A stretch of DNA of 64,000 nt from Alphaproteobacteria bacterium (GCA_021774615.1 JAJFIW010000003.1:7867-71866), one strand, 5' to 3'; counted from the stretch's first letter, positions 37,036 through 48,450 are shown. Translations and numbers: made by a program. The notes: generated from the letters alone by a model not told the origin.

Positions 37036-37962
37036 TTATATTGTGACTTTTTCGTCAAGAGTAAGGGTGGTCTTATTGGTTCCAACACTAAGGGTTGCTT
37101 GTGCACCTAGAGGGAAGGTTGCCATGTGTTTGCCGTGGCCACAGGGGGCATTGCCTACAATCGGCAGGTCTCGACCTTCGGTTAACTCTTGGATAACATC
37201 ATGGAGGTGTAATACGTAAGGGGGTGTTCCGTCGGTAGAGTCATTAATATCGGTTAACTCGCCAACTATAACCCCTTTAACATTTTGTAGTTTGCCAGCA
37301 CGGTGCAAATGCCATATGAGGCGGTCTACTTTGTATAGTTCTTCGCCAATATCTTCGATAAATAATAAAGTGTTATCGGTAGAAAAATCGTGTTGTGTAC
37401 CAAGTAGAGTACTTAATAAACTTAGGCTGCCACCAATTAGCTGCCCACTAGCTGTACCTGTTGCAAGGGGTATAGCCTCGGGGAAGGTAAGCTCGGGCTG
37501 CTTCCCTGCTGCAACTGCCATAAAGTGGTTAAAAGAATATTCGTCACTCTCTTGAAAGCTGGTTAACATTGGGCCGTGGAAAGTTGTTAGGTCTGTTTCA
37601 GACTCGATTGCATGTAAAAGTAGGGTTACATCGCTATAGCCACAAAAGAATTTTGGATTATATCTAATAATATCATAGTCAATATGGTGCTCGGTGCGCA
37701 TACAGCCGCTGCCACCACGAGTGCACATAATGCCGTCAATTTCTGGGTCTTCGAACATATCCATTAAAGCTGCAGCTCGTTCTATGTCGGTACCTGCAAA
37801 ACGATGGTGGTTGGCAAAACATTGAGGGTGAACCACAACGTTAAAGCCATGAGCTTCTAATTCGGTAACGCCACGCTTTATTTCGTCATCAGCCATGCGC
37901 GAGCCCGGCGAGACAATACCCACCGTGCTCCCCACATGTAATGATTTTGGCTTAATAAGCAC
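37036..37962 (-). CDS. LD-carboxypeptidase (peptidase S66)
   Basis: LHVGSTVGIVSPGS N-terminus, with the Ser/His/Glu-containing regions at typical S66 spacing (GYSDVTLL, ...GHGKHMATFPLG). Confidence 0.75.
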   Translation of the reverse strand: MLIKPKSLHVGSTVGIVSPGSRMADDEIKRGVTELEAHGFNVVVHPQCFANHHRFAGTDIERAAALMDMFEDPEIDGIMCTRGGSGCMRTEHHIDYDIIRYNPKFFCGYSDVTLLLHAIESETDLTTFHGPMLTSFQESDEYSFNHFMAVAAGKQPELTFPEAIPLATGTASGQLIGGSLSLLSTLLGTQHDFSTDNTLLFIEDIGEELYKVDRLIWHLHRAGKLQNVKGVIVGELTDINDSTDGTPPYVLHLHDVIQELTEGRDLPIVGNAPCGHGKHMATFPLGAQATLSVGTNKTTLTLDEKVTI

Positions 37963-37969
37963 GTTTAAA

Positions 37970-38473
37970 CTAAGCCTTCTTTGCCGCAGCTTGTTGGGCT
38001 TGGGCTTGTTGTTGTGCTGTTACCATCATTTGGTTAAGCAGTTGGTGCCTGAACCAGTCAACACAGAAGCTTGTCATCATAAAGTTAACATCTTTAGATG
38101 TTGCCATTGTTAGCTCTTGGTCTTCAGTTAGGCCTGCAACAATAACATGCTCGATGTTTTGCATTTGTTTTACTGCTTGGGCTGTAACAGGGTGCTGTTG
38201 GCTCTCGTCTGTAAGAGCATCACCCATGTTTTTATAAGTTTCTTCTAAAAGTGGCATTGGGTCTTCAGATTCGGCAATAGCGTCCCAGTCCATAGCTTTC
38301 AAAATCCACATTAATGACATTGGCGTAGAGTTGCTTGTAAAAAGTGTTCCAACACTGCCATTTTCAAAAACAGCAAAAACAATAAGGTTTTGCAGGTCTT
38401 TATATAAATGACCAGCTGCTTTTAGAGTTTGTTCAGGCGATAAAGCTGCCCATGATTGATCTTTTTCTGACAT
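37970..38473 (-). CDS. hypothetical protein
   Basis: 167-aa acidic protein with a Q/A-rich C-terminal tail; possibly YbjN-like, but I cannot confirm it. Confidence 0.4.
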   Translation of the reverse strand: MSEKDQSWAALSPEQTLKAAGHLYKDLQNLIVFAVFENGSVGTLFTSNSTPMSLMWILKAMDWDAIAESEDPMPLLEETYKNMGDALTDESQQHPVTAQAVKQMQNIEHVIVAGLTEDQELTMATSKDVNFMMTSFCVDWFRHQLLNQMMVTAQQQAQAQQAAAKKA

Positions 38474-38494
38474 AATATCTCTTCCTTTTCCTAT

Positions 38495-41461
38495 TTAGTC
38501 ATTTTTTGGTGCAAAGCCGCGGCGCATTGTATTTTCAGTTACAACACGGGGCTCTACAAAGTTTAGAAGGTAATCTTTCCCCCCGGCTTTTGTGCCAGTA
38601 CCAGACAGCCCACCGCCACCAAAAGGTTGGCGAGCTACTAATGCACCAGTACTACCACGATTTATATATAAATTACCAACCCGAAAATGCTCTTTTACGT
38701 AACTAATTGTATTAGGATTACGAGTAAACACAGCTCCGGTTAGGCGGTAATTAGAGTTTAATGCCATTTTTACTGCTTGCTCGACTGTTTTGGCACGATG
38801 AATGGTTAGCACAGGGCCAAATATTTCGTCGCTAGCAACGGTGCTATCTTCATTTAGGTCAACAAATACACTCGGCGCGATAAAATGCCCTTGGGTTGCA
38901 GTGTTCTCATCAAGGAAAGCTTGTGCCAAAAGTCTGCCATCTTCTTTCCCTATTTTAATGTAACTTTCAATTTTATCTCTAGCATCCATGTCAATAACAG
39001 CGTTAGTGTCATTGGTTGGCTCGTCAGCTCCTCCAACTCGTAAGTCAACTACTGTTTCCGAAAGCCTCTTAATAAAAGTGTCATAAGCACTACCAACCAC
39101 AATTACTCGTGAAGTAGCAGAACATTTCTGCCCTTGGAAACCAAATGCAGCATGTACTACAGCGGGGATAGCTTCGTCTAGGTCAGCATCAGCATCAATG
39201 ATGGTAGCATTTTTGCCGCCCATTTCGATGACACATTTTTTGATTTGTCCTTGGTTGTCGGTTACTTTGCCTGCTTGCTCTAAAATTTTTAAGCCAACTT
39301 CTTTTGAACCAGTAAAAGTAATAGATGCTACATCAGGGTGTTCTACAAGCCTAGCTCCAACTTCGGCTCCGTCACCAGGTAAGAAATGCAGAACTCCTTG
39401 GGGGACACCAGCTTCACGCAAGATAGAATACATTTGTAAACCAATCCCCGAGGTTTGCTCGGCTGGTTTATAAATTACAGGGTTTCCTGCAACTAAGTTA
39501 GCCGCAGTCATCCCTACAGAAATAGCTAATGGAAAGTTCCATGGTGCAATTACGGCAGCTACACCTCTTGGCTCGTAACGTAAAGTGTTATTCTCACCCC
39601 ATACGCTGTTTGGCTGGAAGTCTTCCTCTAAAGTGCGGGCTTGTTGGGCGTAGTAACGTAAGAAATCGGTAGCTTCGGCAATGTCTCCATCGGCAGAAGC
39701 CCAGTCTTTACCAGCCTCGTAAACTTGCATGGCGAATAATTCTTGCCAGTTTTGTTGCATAATGTCGGCGGCTTTATCGAGGATGTCAGCTCGGGCAGCA
39801 AAACCCATTTTATGCCATGCAGGTAAAGCTTCTTTTGCAATAGCAACAGCTTGGTCGGCATGTTGGGCTGTAGCGCAAGTAACTCGTGTTACCAAAGTAT
39901 TGGTTTGCCATGGGCAGGTGTGGTCTATGGTGGTGTTAGTTTTGGTAACTTTACCATTTAAAACAGGCTCGGCACTAAATGGGAGTTTTTGTTTTATATC
40001 TTCAATCGCATCTTCTGCGTTTGCACGGTCTAATATTCTAGAGAAATCGCGTAGAGGTTGGTTTGTAAAAGAAGATCTTTCTTTACCAACAATAACCTCT
40101 GGCATTTGCGGCGGGGCTAGTAAGGTGTCTACGTCAACCTCACCTTTTGCTTTTTGTGCTACGAATGATTGGTTAGCAGTGTTCTCTAGCAGTCTTCTAA
40201 CTAAATAGCTCATCCCGGGGATAAATGCACCCACAGGGCAATATTGCCGCACTCTATAGCCCATATCACGTAATGCATCGCGGAAATTAGGTGCCATACC
40301 GTTTAGCACTTGGAATTCTATATCTTGCTTTTCTAGGCCAAATTCTCTTTGTAAAGTAATAGCTACAGCTAAGCTCCTAGCATTGTGGCTACCTATTAAA
40401 GGACGTACTGTAGGGAAGGCTTCTATAAGTACTCTTAGTAATTTCTCATAGTTAATATCGGTTTCCTCTTTGTAGTCAAAAACTGGGCAGTCCCAGCCCA
40501 TTTGCTCGGCATAAGCTTGTTCATAGTCCCAATAAGCACCTTTAACTAGGCGGATTGAAAACGGTGTGCCTCGTTGTTGGGCAAGGTCTATTAATGTTTG
40601 TAAAAATTTATCACTCTCACGCAGGTAAGCTTGGCAAACAATACCAACATGGGGGTAATCGCGGAAACGTTCGTCCATTAATACATTGTGGAATACTTCG
40701 GTAGTAATTGGCAGTAGCTCCCATTGCTCAGTATCGATATGGACATAAGCATTGTGGATTTTTGCATTTGCCATAAGGTCGGCAAAACGTTGGGTAAGAA
40801 CTTCTACCGAGTGGTCATGCGCCATTGGTGATATATGCTCGTAAAGTGCAGATAATTTAACCGACACATTAGCACGGGCAATTATTCCGATTTTATCTTG
40901 CTCGGGGTATTTAGCACCACCCCATTTTTGGGTGGCTTTTGCAATTTGCTCAATAGCATCATGGTAAGACTGGGTAAATGCTTCGGCTTCGGTTTTGCTG
41001 ATGACTGCTTCCCCTAATAAATCAATAGAGCAAGCAAGCCCATCAGAGTGCAGGCCTTTAAATGTTTTAATGCCATCGGCAATTGTTTCGCCAGCAATAA
41101 ACGTACCTGCCATACCACGGATATTTTGCCGCACAACTGGTGCAATAACTTTGCCTAAAAATTTCCCTGCAGGGATGCCGTTACCTAAAAATTTCTCCAT
41201 ACCATCTATTTGGCCATAATAGGCTGTTAGATGCTCCATAAAATCACCATCGTTACGCAGAGTAGGGGCAACATCGGTAAATCGTAAAGATGCAACGCGG
41301 AATGGTTCGCTGCCCATCATTTTATCAAGCAATGCTTGGCTCCATTTATGAGGGCTTAGAAAGCCAAAGCCCTTAGCCCCATCATAAGAGAGAAGCGACT
41401 TACCAGTTTGTAATACTTGTGATTCGAAATTGTCATTAGAGCTCATGGGCACAATCCTCAT
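38495..41461 (-). CDS. putA: bifunctional proline dehydrogenase / L-glutamate gamma-semialdehyde dehydrogenase
   Basis: 988 aa with an N-terminal PRODH TIM-barrel region and a C-terminal ALDH domain with catalytic Cys (FGFQGQKCSATSR) and Glu (CVIEMGGKNA). No N-terminal ribbon-helix-helix DNA-binding domain is evident. Confidence 0.85.
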   Translation of the reverse strand: MRIVPMSSNDNFESQVLQTGKSLLSYDGAKGFGFLSPHKWSQALLDKMMGSEPFRVASLRFTDVAPTLRNDGDFMEHLTAYYGQIDGMEKFLGNGIPAGKFLGKVIAPVVRQNIRGMAGTFIAGETIADGIKTFKGLHSDGLACSIDLLGEAVISKTEAEAFTQSYHDAIEQIAKATQKWGGAKYPEQDKIGIIARANVSVKLSALYEHISPMAHDHSVEVLTQRFADLMANAKIHNAYVHIDTEQWELLPITTEVFHNVLMDERFRDYPHVGIVCQAYLRESDKFLQTLIDLAQQRGTPFSIRLVKGAYWDYEQAYAEQMGWDCPVFDYKEETDINYEKLLRVLIEAFPTVRPLIGSHNARSLAVAITLQREFGLEKQDIEFQVLNGMAPNFRDALRDMGYRVRQYCPVGAFIPGMSYLVRRLLENTANQSFVAQKAKGEVDVDTLLAPPQMPEVIVGKERSSFTNQPLRDFSRILDRANAEDAIEDIKQKLPFSAEPVLNGKVTKTNTTIDHTCPWQTNTLVTRVTCATAQHADQAVAIAKEALPAWHKMGFAARADILDKAADIMQQNWQELFAMQVYEAGKDWASADGDIAEATDFLRYYAQQARTLEEDFQPNSVWGENNTLRYEPRGVAAVIAPWNFPLAISVGMTAANLVAGNPVIYKPAEQTSGIGLQMYSILREAGVPQGVLHFLPGDGAEVGARLVEHPDVASITFTGSKEVGLKILEQAGKVTDNQGQIKKCVIEMGGKNATIIDADADLDEAIPAVVHAAFGFQGQKCSATSRVIVVGSAYDTFIKRLSETVVDLRVGGADEPTNDTNAVIDMDARDKIESYIKIGKEDGRLLAQAFLDENTATQGHFIAPSVFVDLNEDSTVASDEIFGPVLTIHRAKTVEQAVKMALNSNYRLTGAVFTRNPNTISYVKEHFRVGNLYINRGSTGALVARQPFGGGGLSGTGTKAGGKDYLLNFVEPRVVTENTMRRGFAPKND

Positions 41462-41636
41462 TTAGAAATTTGTGGTTTATAGAGTACAGCGTTTATCAAA
41501 TGGTTTCAAAATGTTTCGTGCTTTATAATAGTGTTTGATATGCAACATACGTTACCTCTCTTTATTGGGGGAGCAACAACTGTTGGTGTACTTAAATGGG
41601 AGTATCAGTTATCGTGTGTAAGGGAGATATATACCA

Positions 41637-42368
41637 ATGAATTTTAAAATGTTTGTTTTCTTGTTAGGTCTGAGTGCTATGTTTGGTAGCATTTCTGCGT
41701 ATGCTCAAGAAGAACAAGATTTATTGCCACCACCATTGCCAAGTTCTTTGGAGGTTGCAAGTAAACCTGTTGTTGAATACCTCCCAGAACAAGATTTAGA
41801 AAAACTGTTTGAAGATGCACACCGTAATTTTGGACAGGATTTTGGCGAATTAAAAGGGGAGCTCCCTGTTAATAATATTCAAGAAGATATAAAAGTAGAA
41901 GATGCTAAACCTACTGTTATTCCAGAGCCAACAGCCATTGTTAAAAAAGATGAGGTAGATAGCGCTGCTCCTAAACCTGCTATAGTTAAGAAAGCTGAAC
42001 AACCTAAAGCTAGGCAGCTTGATAAAAAGCAGGATGTTAAAATGGTTAGAGGTAGGAATATAAAACAAGATTTTATCTCGCTTGGGGATGTGCGTGTTAA
42101 CGTATCGCTTGAGAATATTACTTTAGAAGAAGTTATATCGTCAGTTGTTAGCAAGGCTGAAAAACAAACAGGGCCATGGAAAGTTCGTTGGAGATTAAAA
42201 GATGAAAACCAAGTATTGAGGCATGAGCGGGTTAACATTAATGCTGAGAGCGACTTTGAAACATTTATGGCAAACCTGATGGCTAAAGTAAATAATACTA
42301 CTGGAACAAAATTATTTATTAAAGTATTTGAAACATCACGAATTATTATAATAGCTGATAATTTTTAG
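41637..42368 (+). CDS. secreted protein, possible TcpQ/BfpG-like secretin partner
   Basis: Signal peptide MNFKMFVFLLGLSAMFGSISAYA, an acidic P/K-rich linker, and a conserved C-terminal domain (~110 aa; ...GPWKVRWRLKDENQVL...). Lies 17 nt upstream of the liposecretin. The family assignment is inference only. Confidence 0.4.
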   Translation: MNFKMFVFLLGLSAMFGSISAYAQEEQDLLPPPLPSSLEVASKPVVEYLPEQDLEKLFEDAHRNFGQDFGELKGELPVNNIQEDIKVEDAKPTVIPEPTAIVKKDEVDSAAPKPAIVKKAEQPKARQLDKKQDVKMVRGRNIKQDFISLGDVRVNVSLENITLEEVISSVVSKAEKQTGPWKVRWRLKDENQVLRHERVNINAESDFETFMANLMAKVNNTTGTKLFIKVFETSRIIIIADNF

Positions 42369-42384
42369 GGAGAAATTTAGTATA

Positions 42385-44148
42385 ATGCGAGGGTTATTTA
42401 CACCAATTAAGAGTATTTTACTTTATACGGTTCTTATTGTATCGGCTGTATACTTGTCTGCTTGTACGGCTATTTACCGTGATACTGTTAAAGCCCCTAC
42501 AAAACAAGAAATTGTAGAATTAAAAACAATGCAACCGCGTAGTGTTCTTAAAAAAGGCACATTCCATATGCAAAGAGTTAGTGACCGCTCGAGCGTTTTG
42601 GTTGACCCTGCTATTAAGCTGAAACGGCCAGAACTACCACCGTTTGATGTAGTATATATTTCGCAACCTGTAGAAGATATCCTTATTGAGCTTGCAAACA
42701 CTGCTGGCGAATCTATTGTGATTCCATCAAGCGTACGAGAGCAAACAATTACTGTTGTTCACTCTGGCTCTAACTTTAAGGGTATGCTCGATATTGTATT
42801 GTCTAAGGTAGGCTATCATTATAACTATGTAGAAGGTGTATGGTATATTACCCGTTTCCCAGTTCGTAATTACCAGCTTGAGATATCGCAGTCAGACAGA
42901 GGTGGTTCTCTTAATACTGCTTTAGAACCTAAACAGATTATAAGCGATGCTGCTACAGTAGAAGCTAGTGGTGGTATTGAAGAATTATCAACTTCTTATA
43001 CTGATGAGTTGTGGGAACAAGTTTCTGATACTTTAGAGCAGCTTGTTTTGGTAGGTACGGGCTCGTCTGCATTAGCAGACTCTGGAAGTGATGAAACATT
43101 TGGCGGAGTTAGCGCTGCTTCTGGATCTGTAGTCGGTTCAAATACAGAGCAAAGCAGGCTTATCCCTGAAGCAGGTTTTTCGGGTGGAAGTGGTGATACA
43201 ACCCGTCCTGAAGATTTGCCAGCAGTACAAGGTAGTGACCATTTATCTTCTGGCGATGATGCACAGCCTTTCTTACAAATAACACCTAGTGCAGGTATTA
43301 TTACAGTTAGGACTTCTCCTGAAGCACACCGGATGATTGAAACATACCTTGAGCAAGTTCAACAATCACTATTACGTCAAATATTTGTTGAAGCAAGGAT
43401 TGTTGCAATTGTGACGGATAAAGAAACTAACCGTGGGAGTAACTTATCTGGTAGTTCTTTAGATTTAGGTATTCCGGGGCTTAAATCTTTAGGTGGTGCG
43501 CTTGGGTTTAGTGGCCAGCCTGCTGTACCAACTGGTGTTAACGAGCAATTGGGTGGGTTCTTAAACCTAACGTTTAATAATAATAATATTCAATCGGTAG
43601 TACAAATGCTTAACCAAGTTGGTGATGTTTATACTATTTCTAGCCCATCTCTTCTTGCTAGAAATAACCAAATATCACGAGTGGCGATTACCCAACAAAT
43701 TGGTTATGCAGAAACAACTGTTGAAACTAACACAAACTCTGACGGTAATGTTGTTATTGGTCAGCGTACAGATGAAGCGCAGTTCCGTAATGCGGGTACA
43801 GTTTTGTCAATTATCCCATTTATTGGTAAAAATAAAGTACAAATGCGGATGCGCCTCTCCATATCTAACCAGTCTGGGGCTGTTTCTATCTTTACTGCTG
43901 TGGGTGTTGGTGACCCTGTAAGAAATGATGTACCAGAGTTAAGCACAAACTTAATCGACCAAGACATGATCATGGACTACGGCCGTGTGCATGCAATTGG
44001 TGGTGTTATCCAATCTAGTACAAACCTAGATAGTTCGTATGTTCCTGGGTTTAACCATGTACCAGGCTTACGCGAGATATTCTCAACTGCAAATAATAAG
44101 AAAACAAATACCGAGTTTATGGTATTAATGCGGGTGTCTAGATCATAA
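42385..44148 (+). CDS. secretin (GspD/PilQ superfamily) with lipoprotein signal (liposecretin)
   Basis: Lipobox LSAC at the signal-peptide end, an N0/STN-like domain, a 120-aa G/S/D-rich disordered linker, and a C-terminal secretin domain ending ...VPGFNHVPGLREIFSTANNKKTNTEFMVLMRV. Confidence 0.75.
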   Translation: MRGLFTPIKSILLYTVLIVSAVYLSACTAIYRDTVKAPTKQEIVELKTMQPRSVLKKGTFHMQRVSDRSSVLVDPAIKLKRPELPPFDVVYISQPVEDILIELANTAGESIVIPSSVREQTITVVHSGSNFKGMLDIVLSKVGYHYNYVEGVWYITRFPVRNYQLEISQSDRGGSLNTALEPKQIISDAATVEASGGIEELSTSYTDELWEQVSDTLEQLVLVGTGSSALADSGSDETFGGVSAASGSVVGSNTEQSRLIPEAGFSGGSGDTTRPEDLPAVQGSDHLSSGDDAQPFLQITPSAGIITVRTSPEAHRMIETYLEQVQQSLLRQIFVEARIVAIVTDKETNRGSNLSGSSLDLGIPGLKSLGGALGFSGQPAVPTGVNEQLGGFLNLTFNNNNIQSVVQMLNQVGDVYTISSPSLLARNNQISRVAITQQIGYAETTVETNTNSDGNVVIGQRTDEAQFRNAGTVLSIIPFIGKNKVQMRMRLSISNQSGAVSIFTAVGVGDPVRNDVPELSTNLIDQDMIMDYGRVHAIGGVIQSSTNLDSSYVPGFNHVPGLREIFSTANNKKTNTEFMVLMRVSRS

Positions 44149-44162
44149 GATTTTTCTAACAA

Positions 44163-44195
44163 ATAAAAAAAGCCCCGCAATATGCGGGGCTTTTT
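44163..44195. terminator. bidirectional Rho-independent terminator between secretin and rpsD
   Basis: AAAAAAAGCCCCGCAATATGCGGGGCTTTTT. Confidence 0.65.
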
Positions 44196-44211
44196 GCAGT
44201 AGTAACTCAAC

Positions 44212-44829
44212 TTATCGTGAGTAGAACTCAATAACTAGGTTCGGGTTCATTTGTACTGGGTATGGCACTTCGTCTGCTTGTGGCATACGGTTAAAAGTAC
44301 CTTTAAATGTTCTAGCATCAAAAGTGATGTAGTCTGGTAGCTCACGCTCTGTTTTAGCTACAGCTTCAATAACTTGTGGTAATTGACGAGAACGTTCACG
44401 TACTTCGATAACGTCACCAGGTTTACAACGGTATGATGGAATGTTTACAACTTTACCATTAACCATAACGTGTTTGTGGTTAACTAGTTGGCGAGCAGCA
44501 AATACAGTTGCTACTATGTTCATGCGGTAAACAAGTGCATCAAGACGAGACTCAAGAAGTCTCAACAAGTTTTCAGACTTATCGCCCTTCATCCGTGATG
44601 CTTTGTCGTAAATAGTGCGGAATTGGCTTTCGCTAACGTTACCGTAGTAACCTTTAAGCTTTTGCTTCTCGCGTAATTGGATACCGTAATCGGTCATTTT
44701 TTTGCGGCGAGCACCGTGCATACCTGGGCCTGTTGGCTTGGTATTGGTTGGCGACTTGTCGCGTCCCCATAGGTTTTCACCCATGCGGCGGCAAATTTTA
44801 TACTTAGAATGTTGGCGTTTATTTGGCAT
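44212..44829 (-). CDS. rpsD: 30S ribosomal protein S4
   Basis: 205 aa; [20 protein letters not shown]...[13 protein letters not shown]... is an alphaproteobacterial-type S4. Confidence 0.9.
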   Translation of the reverse strand: MPNKRQHSKYKICRRMGENLWGRDKSPTNTKPTGPGMHGARRKKMTDYGIQLREKQKLKGYYGNVSESQFRTIYDKASRMKGDKSENLLRLLESRLDALVYRMNIVATVFAARQLVNHKHVMVNGKVVNIPSYRCKPGDVIEVRERSRQLPQVIEAVAKTERELPDYITFDARTFKGTFNRMPQADEVPYPVQMNPNLVIEFYSR

Positions 44830-45140
44830 ATCTGCTCTCCTGAATCCACGCTGTTTTAATAAATTAAAGGCTGACCATTCACCCTTTAATGTTGCGGTTG
44901 TCTAAGGTAAAAAACTTTACCTCTGGCGTGACAGCTACCAGCGTCTGGAGTTAAGACACGTCGATATCTGTACCACAACGGCGAATTATTAAGACATTTC
45001 AAAGTATTCGTCAAGTAATTTATCATTAATACAATATTTTACTTGAAACTACAGCAATCAGTAGTTAACTTGTTTATTACATAGTAATTTTTCTTACTTT
45101 TCTTTTCCTATTCTTTTTTCTCTCTTTTGGAGAACACATT

Positions 45141-46319
45141 ATGAATACTTTTCTTAAAATTTTAAGAAGCTTTAAGAAATTAGCATTTTATGTACCATTA
45201 ATTATTTTAGTGGTTTTCTTGAGCAACCAAGCGATTGACTTTATCAAGCTAACGCTTGAAAAACAAATTCCACAAGTACCAATTAGGGTTTATAACCAAA
45301 ACCCAGAACCAGTAAAGTTTACGCCATTGGCGGAAATTGACATGAGCCAAAGCACCGCTGCTGAAGGGTTAACCCCTGATGAACGCATGGAGCGGATGTT
45401 GCGTGCTACTGTAGAAGTAAACGTATCCTTGCAAGTTTCTAATATGCAGGGCATGGGTAATGGCTCTGGGTTTATTATTGATAACCAACAGTGCTTAGTT
45501 TTAACTAATGAGCATGTTACAGCAGTTGATGGCGACATTATGGTAAGAGTTATTGATGAGATTTTGCCAAATGGCGACCAGATTGCTCGCAACATTGAAG
45601 CAAAGATCGTTGGCTTGCCAAACCGAGATGATGATCTGGCACTTTTAAAAATGGAAAGCTGCGAAGGCCTTCCTTGGGCAGCTATTGGTGACAGTTCCTT
45701 GTTGAAATATGGGGATGCCTTGTATGCTTTTGGCCAGCCATACGGTTTAGGCTGGACTTTAACAAAAGGTATTGTCTCTAACCCTAATAGATACTGGCTA
45801 GATTTTAGCAATGGCTCAGGCTATTCACTAATTCAGACAGATGCAGCTATTAACAAAGGTAATTCTGGCGGCCCACTATTTACTGAAAATGGTGTGTTGG
45901 TTGGGGTTAATAGCATGATTAATGATAATTCCAATAACCTTGGGTTTGCTCGCTCAAGTAATTTACTTACAGCTTTTTTAGGTCACATGGCTGTTTATGG
46001 CCAAGTGTACTCACGAGACCTTGGTATAGAGGTTGAGGAAGTTGAGCTTGCAGATGGCAATGGAGTATTAGAAGTAACAAATATTCCAGAGTCAAGTAAT
46101 GCAAACCGAGTAGGTATCGAAGTTGGCGACAAAATATTTGCCGTTAATGATGAACCTATTATTCATGTTATGGACTTTAAGCGTAAGCTTTATAGTGACT
46201 TGGATGGTATTGTAACTATATCGTTATTACGCGGCGACAAGGTGATGAAAGCAACCATGTCGTTTGCACCATTACCTGAAGAACCCGAAGTTGAAACTGA
46301 ACCAGAACCAGCTAGCTAA
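45141..46319 (+). CDS. periplasmic trypsin-like serine protease, DegP/HtrA family (protease + PDZ)
   Basis: N-terminal anchor, catalytic-triad regions (LTNEHV, DDDLALLK, GNSGGPLF) and one C-terminal PDZ domain. Confidence 0.8.
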   Translation: MNTFLKILRSFKKLAFYVPLIILVVFLSNQAIDFIKLTLEKQIPQVPIRVYNQNPEPVKFTPLAEIDMSQSTAAEGLTPDERMERMLRATVEVNVSLQVSNMQGMGNGSGFIIDNQQCLVLTNEHVTAVDGDIMVRVIDEILPNGDQIARNIEAKIVGLPNRDDDLALLKMESCEGLPWAAIGDSSLLKYGDALYAFGQPYGLGWTLTKGIVSNPNRYWLDFSNGSGYSLIQTDAAINKGNSGGPLFTENGVLVGVNSMINDNSNNLGFARSSNLLTAFLGHMAVYGQVYSRDLGIEVEEVELADGNGVLEVTNIPESSNANRVGIEVGDKIFAVNDEPIIHVMDFKRKLYSDLDGIVTISLLRGDKVMKATMSFAPLPEEPEVETEPEPAS

Positions 46320-46339
46320 GCTAGCCTAGAAACGAGAGG

Positions 46340-46368
46340 AACCCCGTGCAGTTTGCATGGGGTTTCCT
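46340..46368 (+). terminator. Rho-independent terminator
   Basis: GGAACCCCGTGCAGTTTGCATGGGGTTTCC followed by TTTTTTG. Confidence 0.5.
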
Positions 46369-46391
46369 TTTTTGTTAGACTGCGCAGCATT

Positions 46392-48407
46392 ATGCCAACA
46401 AAATTTAAATTATCTAGCTCTTACGCGCCTGCTGGCGACCAGCCACAGGCGATAGATTTTTTGACCCATAGCATTGACGATGGTAATCGTGACCAAGTAC
46501 TACTTGGGGTTACAGGCTCGGGCAAAACTTTTACTATGGCAAATATTATTGCCAATACTGGTAGGCCTGCCTTGATTATGGCGCATAATAAGGTACTTGC
46601 AGGGCAGTTGTATGAAGAATTTAAAGAGTTTTTCCCCGATAGCGCAGTTGAATATTTCGTGTCGTACTACGACTATTACCAGCCCGAGGCTTACGTGCCT
46701 CGGAGCAGCACTTTTATCGAGAAAGAAGCCACAGTTAACGAACAAATCGACCGGATGCGCCATAGCGCAACCCGTGCGCTTTTAGAACGGCGCGATGTTA
46801 TTATTGTGGCGTCAGTATCATGCATTTATGGTATCGGCAGCCCTGAGGGGTACTCGAGCATGATAGTGCCCATCGCCATTGGTGACAGCTTAGATAGACA
46901 ATCGCTATTGCATCGCTTAGTAGAGCTCCAATACAGCCGTAATGATTTATATTTAACTCGTGGTACGTTCAGAGCTAGAGGCGACACGGTGGAAATTTTC
47001 CCCAGCCATTTAGAAGACGCCGCATGGCGGATATATATGTTTGATGATGAAATAGAGCGAATAACTGTTTTTGACCCCCTAACAGGCAAAGTTTTTGAAG
47101 AGCTAAACAAAACCGTAATTTATCCAAACAGCCATTATGTCGTGCCAAAACCACAGATAAAAAGTGCGATAGAGTCGATTAAGGCTGAGCTTTCCGAACG
47201 CCTCGCATTTTTGGAAAGCAATAACCAACTAGTAGAAGCACAACGCCTAAACGAGCGCACTAGCTTTGATTTGGAAATGATGAAAACCACAGGGTATTGT
47301 AACGGGATTGAGAATTACTCTCGGCATTTACTAGGGCGCAACACTGGCGAGCCTCCGTCTACATTGTTCGATTATTTACCCCCTGATGCTTTGCTTTTTG
47401 TAGACGAGTCGCACGTAAGTGTGCCCCAAGTCCGAGGGATGAGCAAAGGCGACAGAGCGCGTAAGGAAACACTAGTTAATTATGGCTTTAGGCTGCCGTC
47501 GGCAATAGATAACCGCCCACTTACTTTTGAAGAATGGTTTGCCCGCCGCCCACAAACTGTTTACGTATCGGCTACACCTGCCGCTTTCGAGCTAGAGCAA
47601 GCAGGAGAACAAGTGGTAGAACAAATTATTCGTCCAACTGGCTTAGTTGACCCTGTGGTGGAAATCCACCCTGCAGGACAACAAGTAGATGACCTGATGG
47701 CAGAGATTAAGCTAACTACAGCTAAAGGTTTTAGAACACTAGTAACAACCCTTACCAAAAAAATGGCGGAACAGCTTACAGAGTACCTTGACGAAAACGG
47801 GATGAAAGTACGTTACATGCACGCCGATATCGAAACACTAGAGCGTGCCGAGCTCGTCCGAGAACTGCGTTTGGGTAGTTACGATGTGCTAGTAGGGATT
47901 AACTTACTTAGAGAAGGGTTAGATATCCCAGAAGTAGCATTAGTTGCGGTATTGGATGCCGATAAGGAAGGTTATTTACGTTCAGCAACTTCGCTTATTC
48001 AAACAATTGGTAGGGCAGCACGCAATGCTGAGGGCCGAGTGATATGCTACGCCGACCATATAACAAACTCGCTTAATGTTGCAATAAGCGAAACCGAGCG
48101 CCGCCGTAGTAAGCAGCTATCATATAATAAAGAACATAACATTACCCCCACAACTATTAATAAAAAGGTTCGGAATTACCTTGAAAAAGATAGCCAAGAA
48201 AACGAACAAAAAGCGAACGAAAAAAGCCTCAGCCAATTTGCTTCACGGGTGAATGAGGAAAAATCGTTATTAGCAGATTTGCCAAGTAATCTTGCGACTC
48301 TTAAAAAGCAAATGCAAGAGGCGTCAGAAAATCTAGAATTTGAACGAGCAGCAGCCTTGCGTGACCGAATTAAAGATCTTGAAAAAGTAGAGCTAAAATT
48401 TAAGTAA
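46392..48407 (+). CDS. uvrB: excinuclease ABC subunit B
   Basis: [24 protein letters not shown]..., Walker A GVTGSGKT, helicase motifs and the C-terminal UvrC-interaction coiled coil. ATG at 46392 preferred over the earlier track start. Confidence 0.9.
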   Translation: MPTKFKLSSSYAPAGDQPQAIDFLTHSIDDGNRDQVLLGVTGSGKTFTMANIIANTGRPALIMAHNKVLAGQLYEEFKEFFPDSAVEYFVSYYDYYQPEAYVPRSSTFIEKEATVNEQIDRMRHSATRALLERRDVIIVASVSCIYGIGSPEGYSSMIVPIAIGDSLDRQSLLHRLVELQYSRNDLYLTRGTFRARGDTVEIFPSHLEDAAWRIYMFDDEIERITVFDPLTGKVFEELNKTVIYPNSHYVVPKPQIKSAIESIKAELSERLAFLESNNQLVEAQRLNERTSFDLEMMKTTGYCNGIENYSRHLLGRNTGEPPSTLFDYLPPDALLFVDESHVSVPQVRGMSKGDRARKETLVNYGFRLPSAIDNRPLTFEEWFARRPQTVYVSATPAAFELEQAGEQVVEQIIRPTGLVDPVVEIHPAGQQVDDLMAEIKLTTAKGFRTLVTTLTKKMAEQLTEYLDENGMKVRYMHADIETLERAELVRELRLGSYDVLVGINLLREGLDIPEVALVAVLDADKEGYLRSATSLIQTIGRAARNAEGRVICYADHITNSLNVAISETERRRSKQLSYNKEHNITPTTINKKVRNYLEKDSQENEQKANEKSLSQFASRVNEEKSLLADLPSNLATLKKQMQEASENLEFERAAALRDRIKDLEKVELKFK

Positions 48408-48450
48408 TTGATACATTTTGTTGTAATTGTTGACTAATATTTCTATCTGC

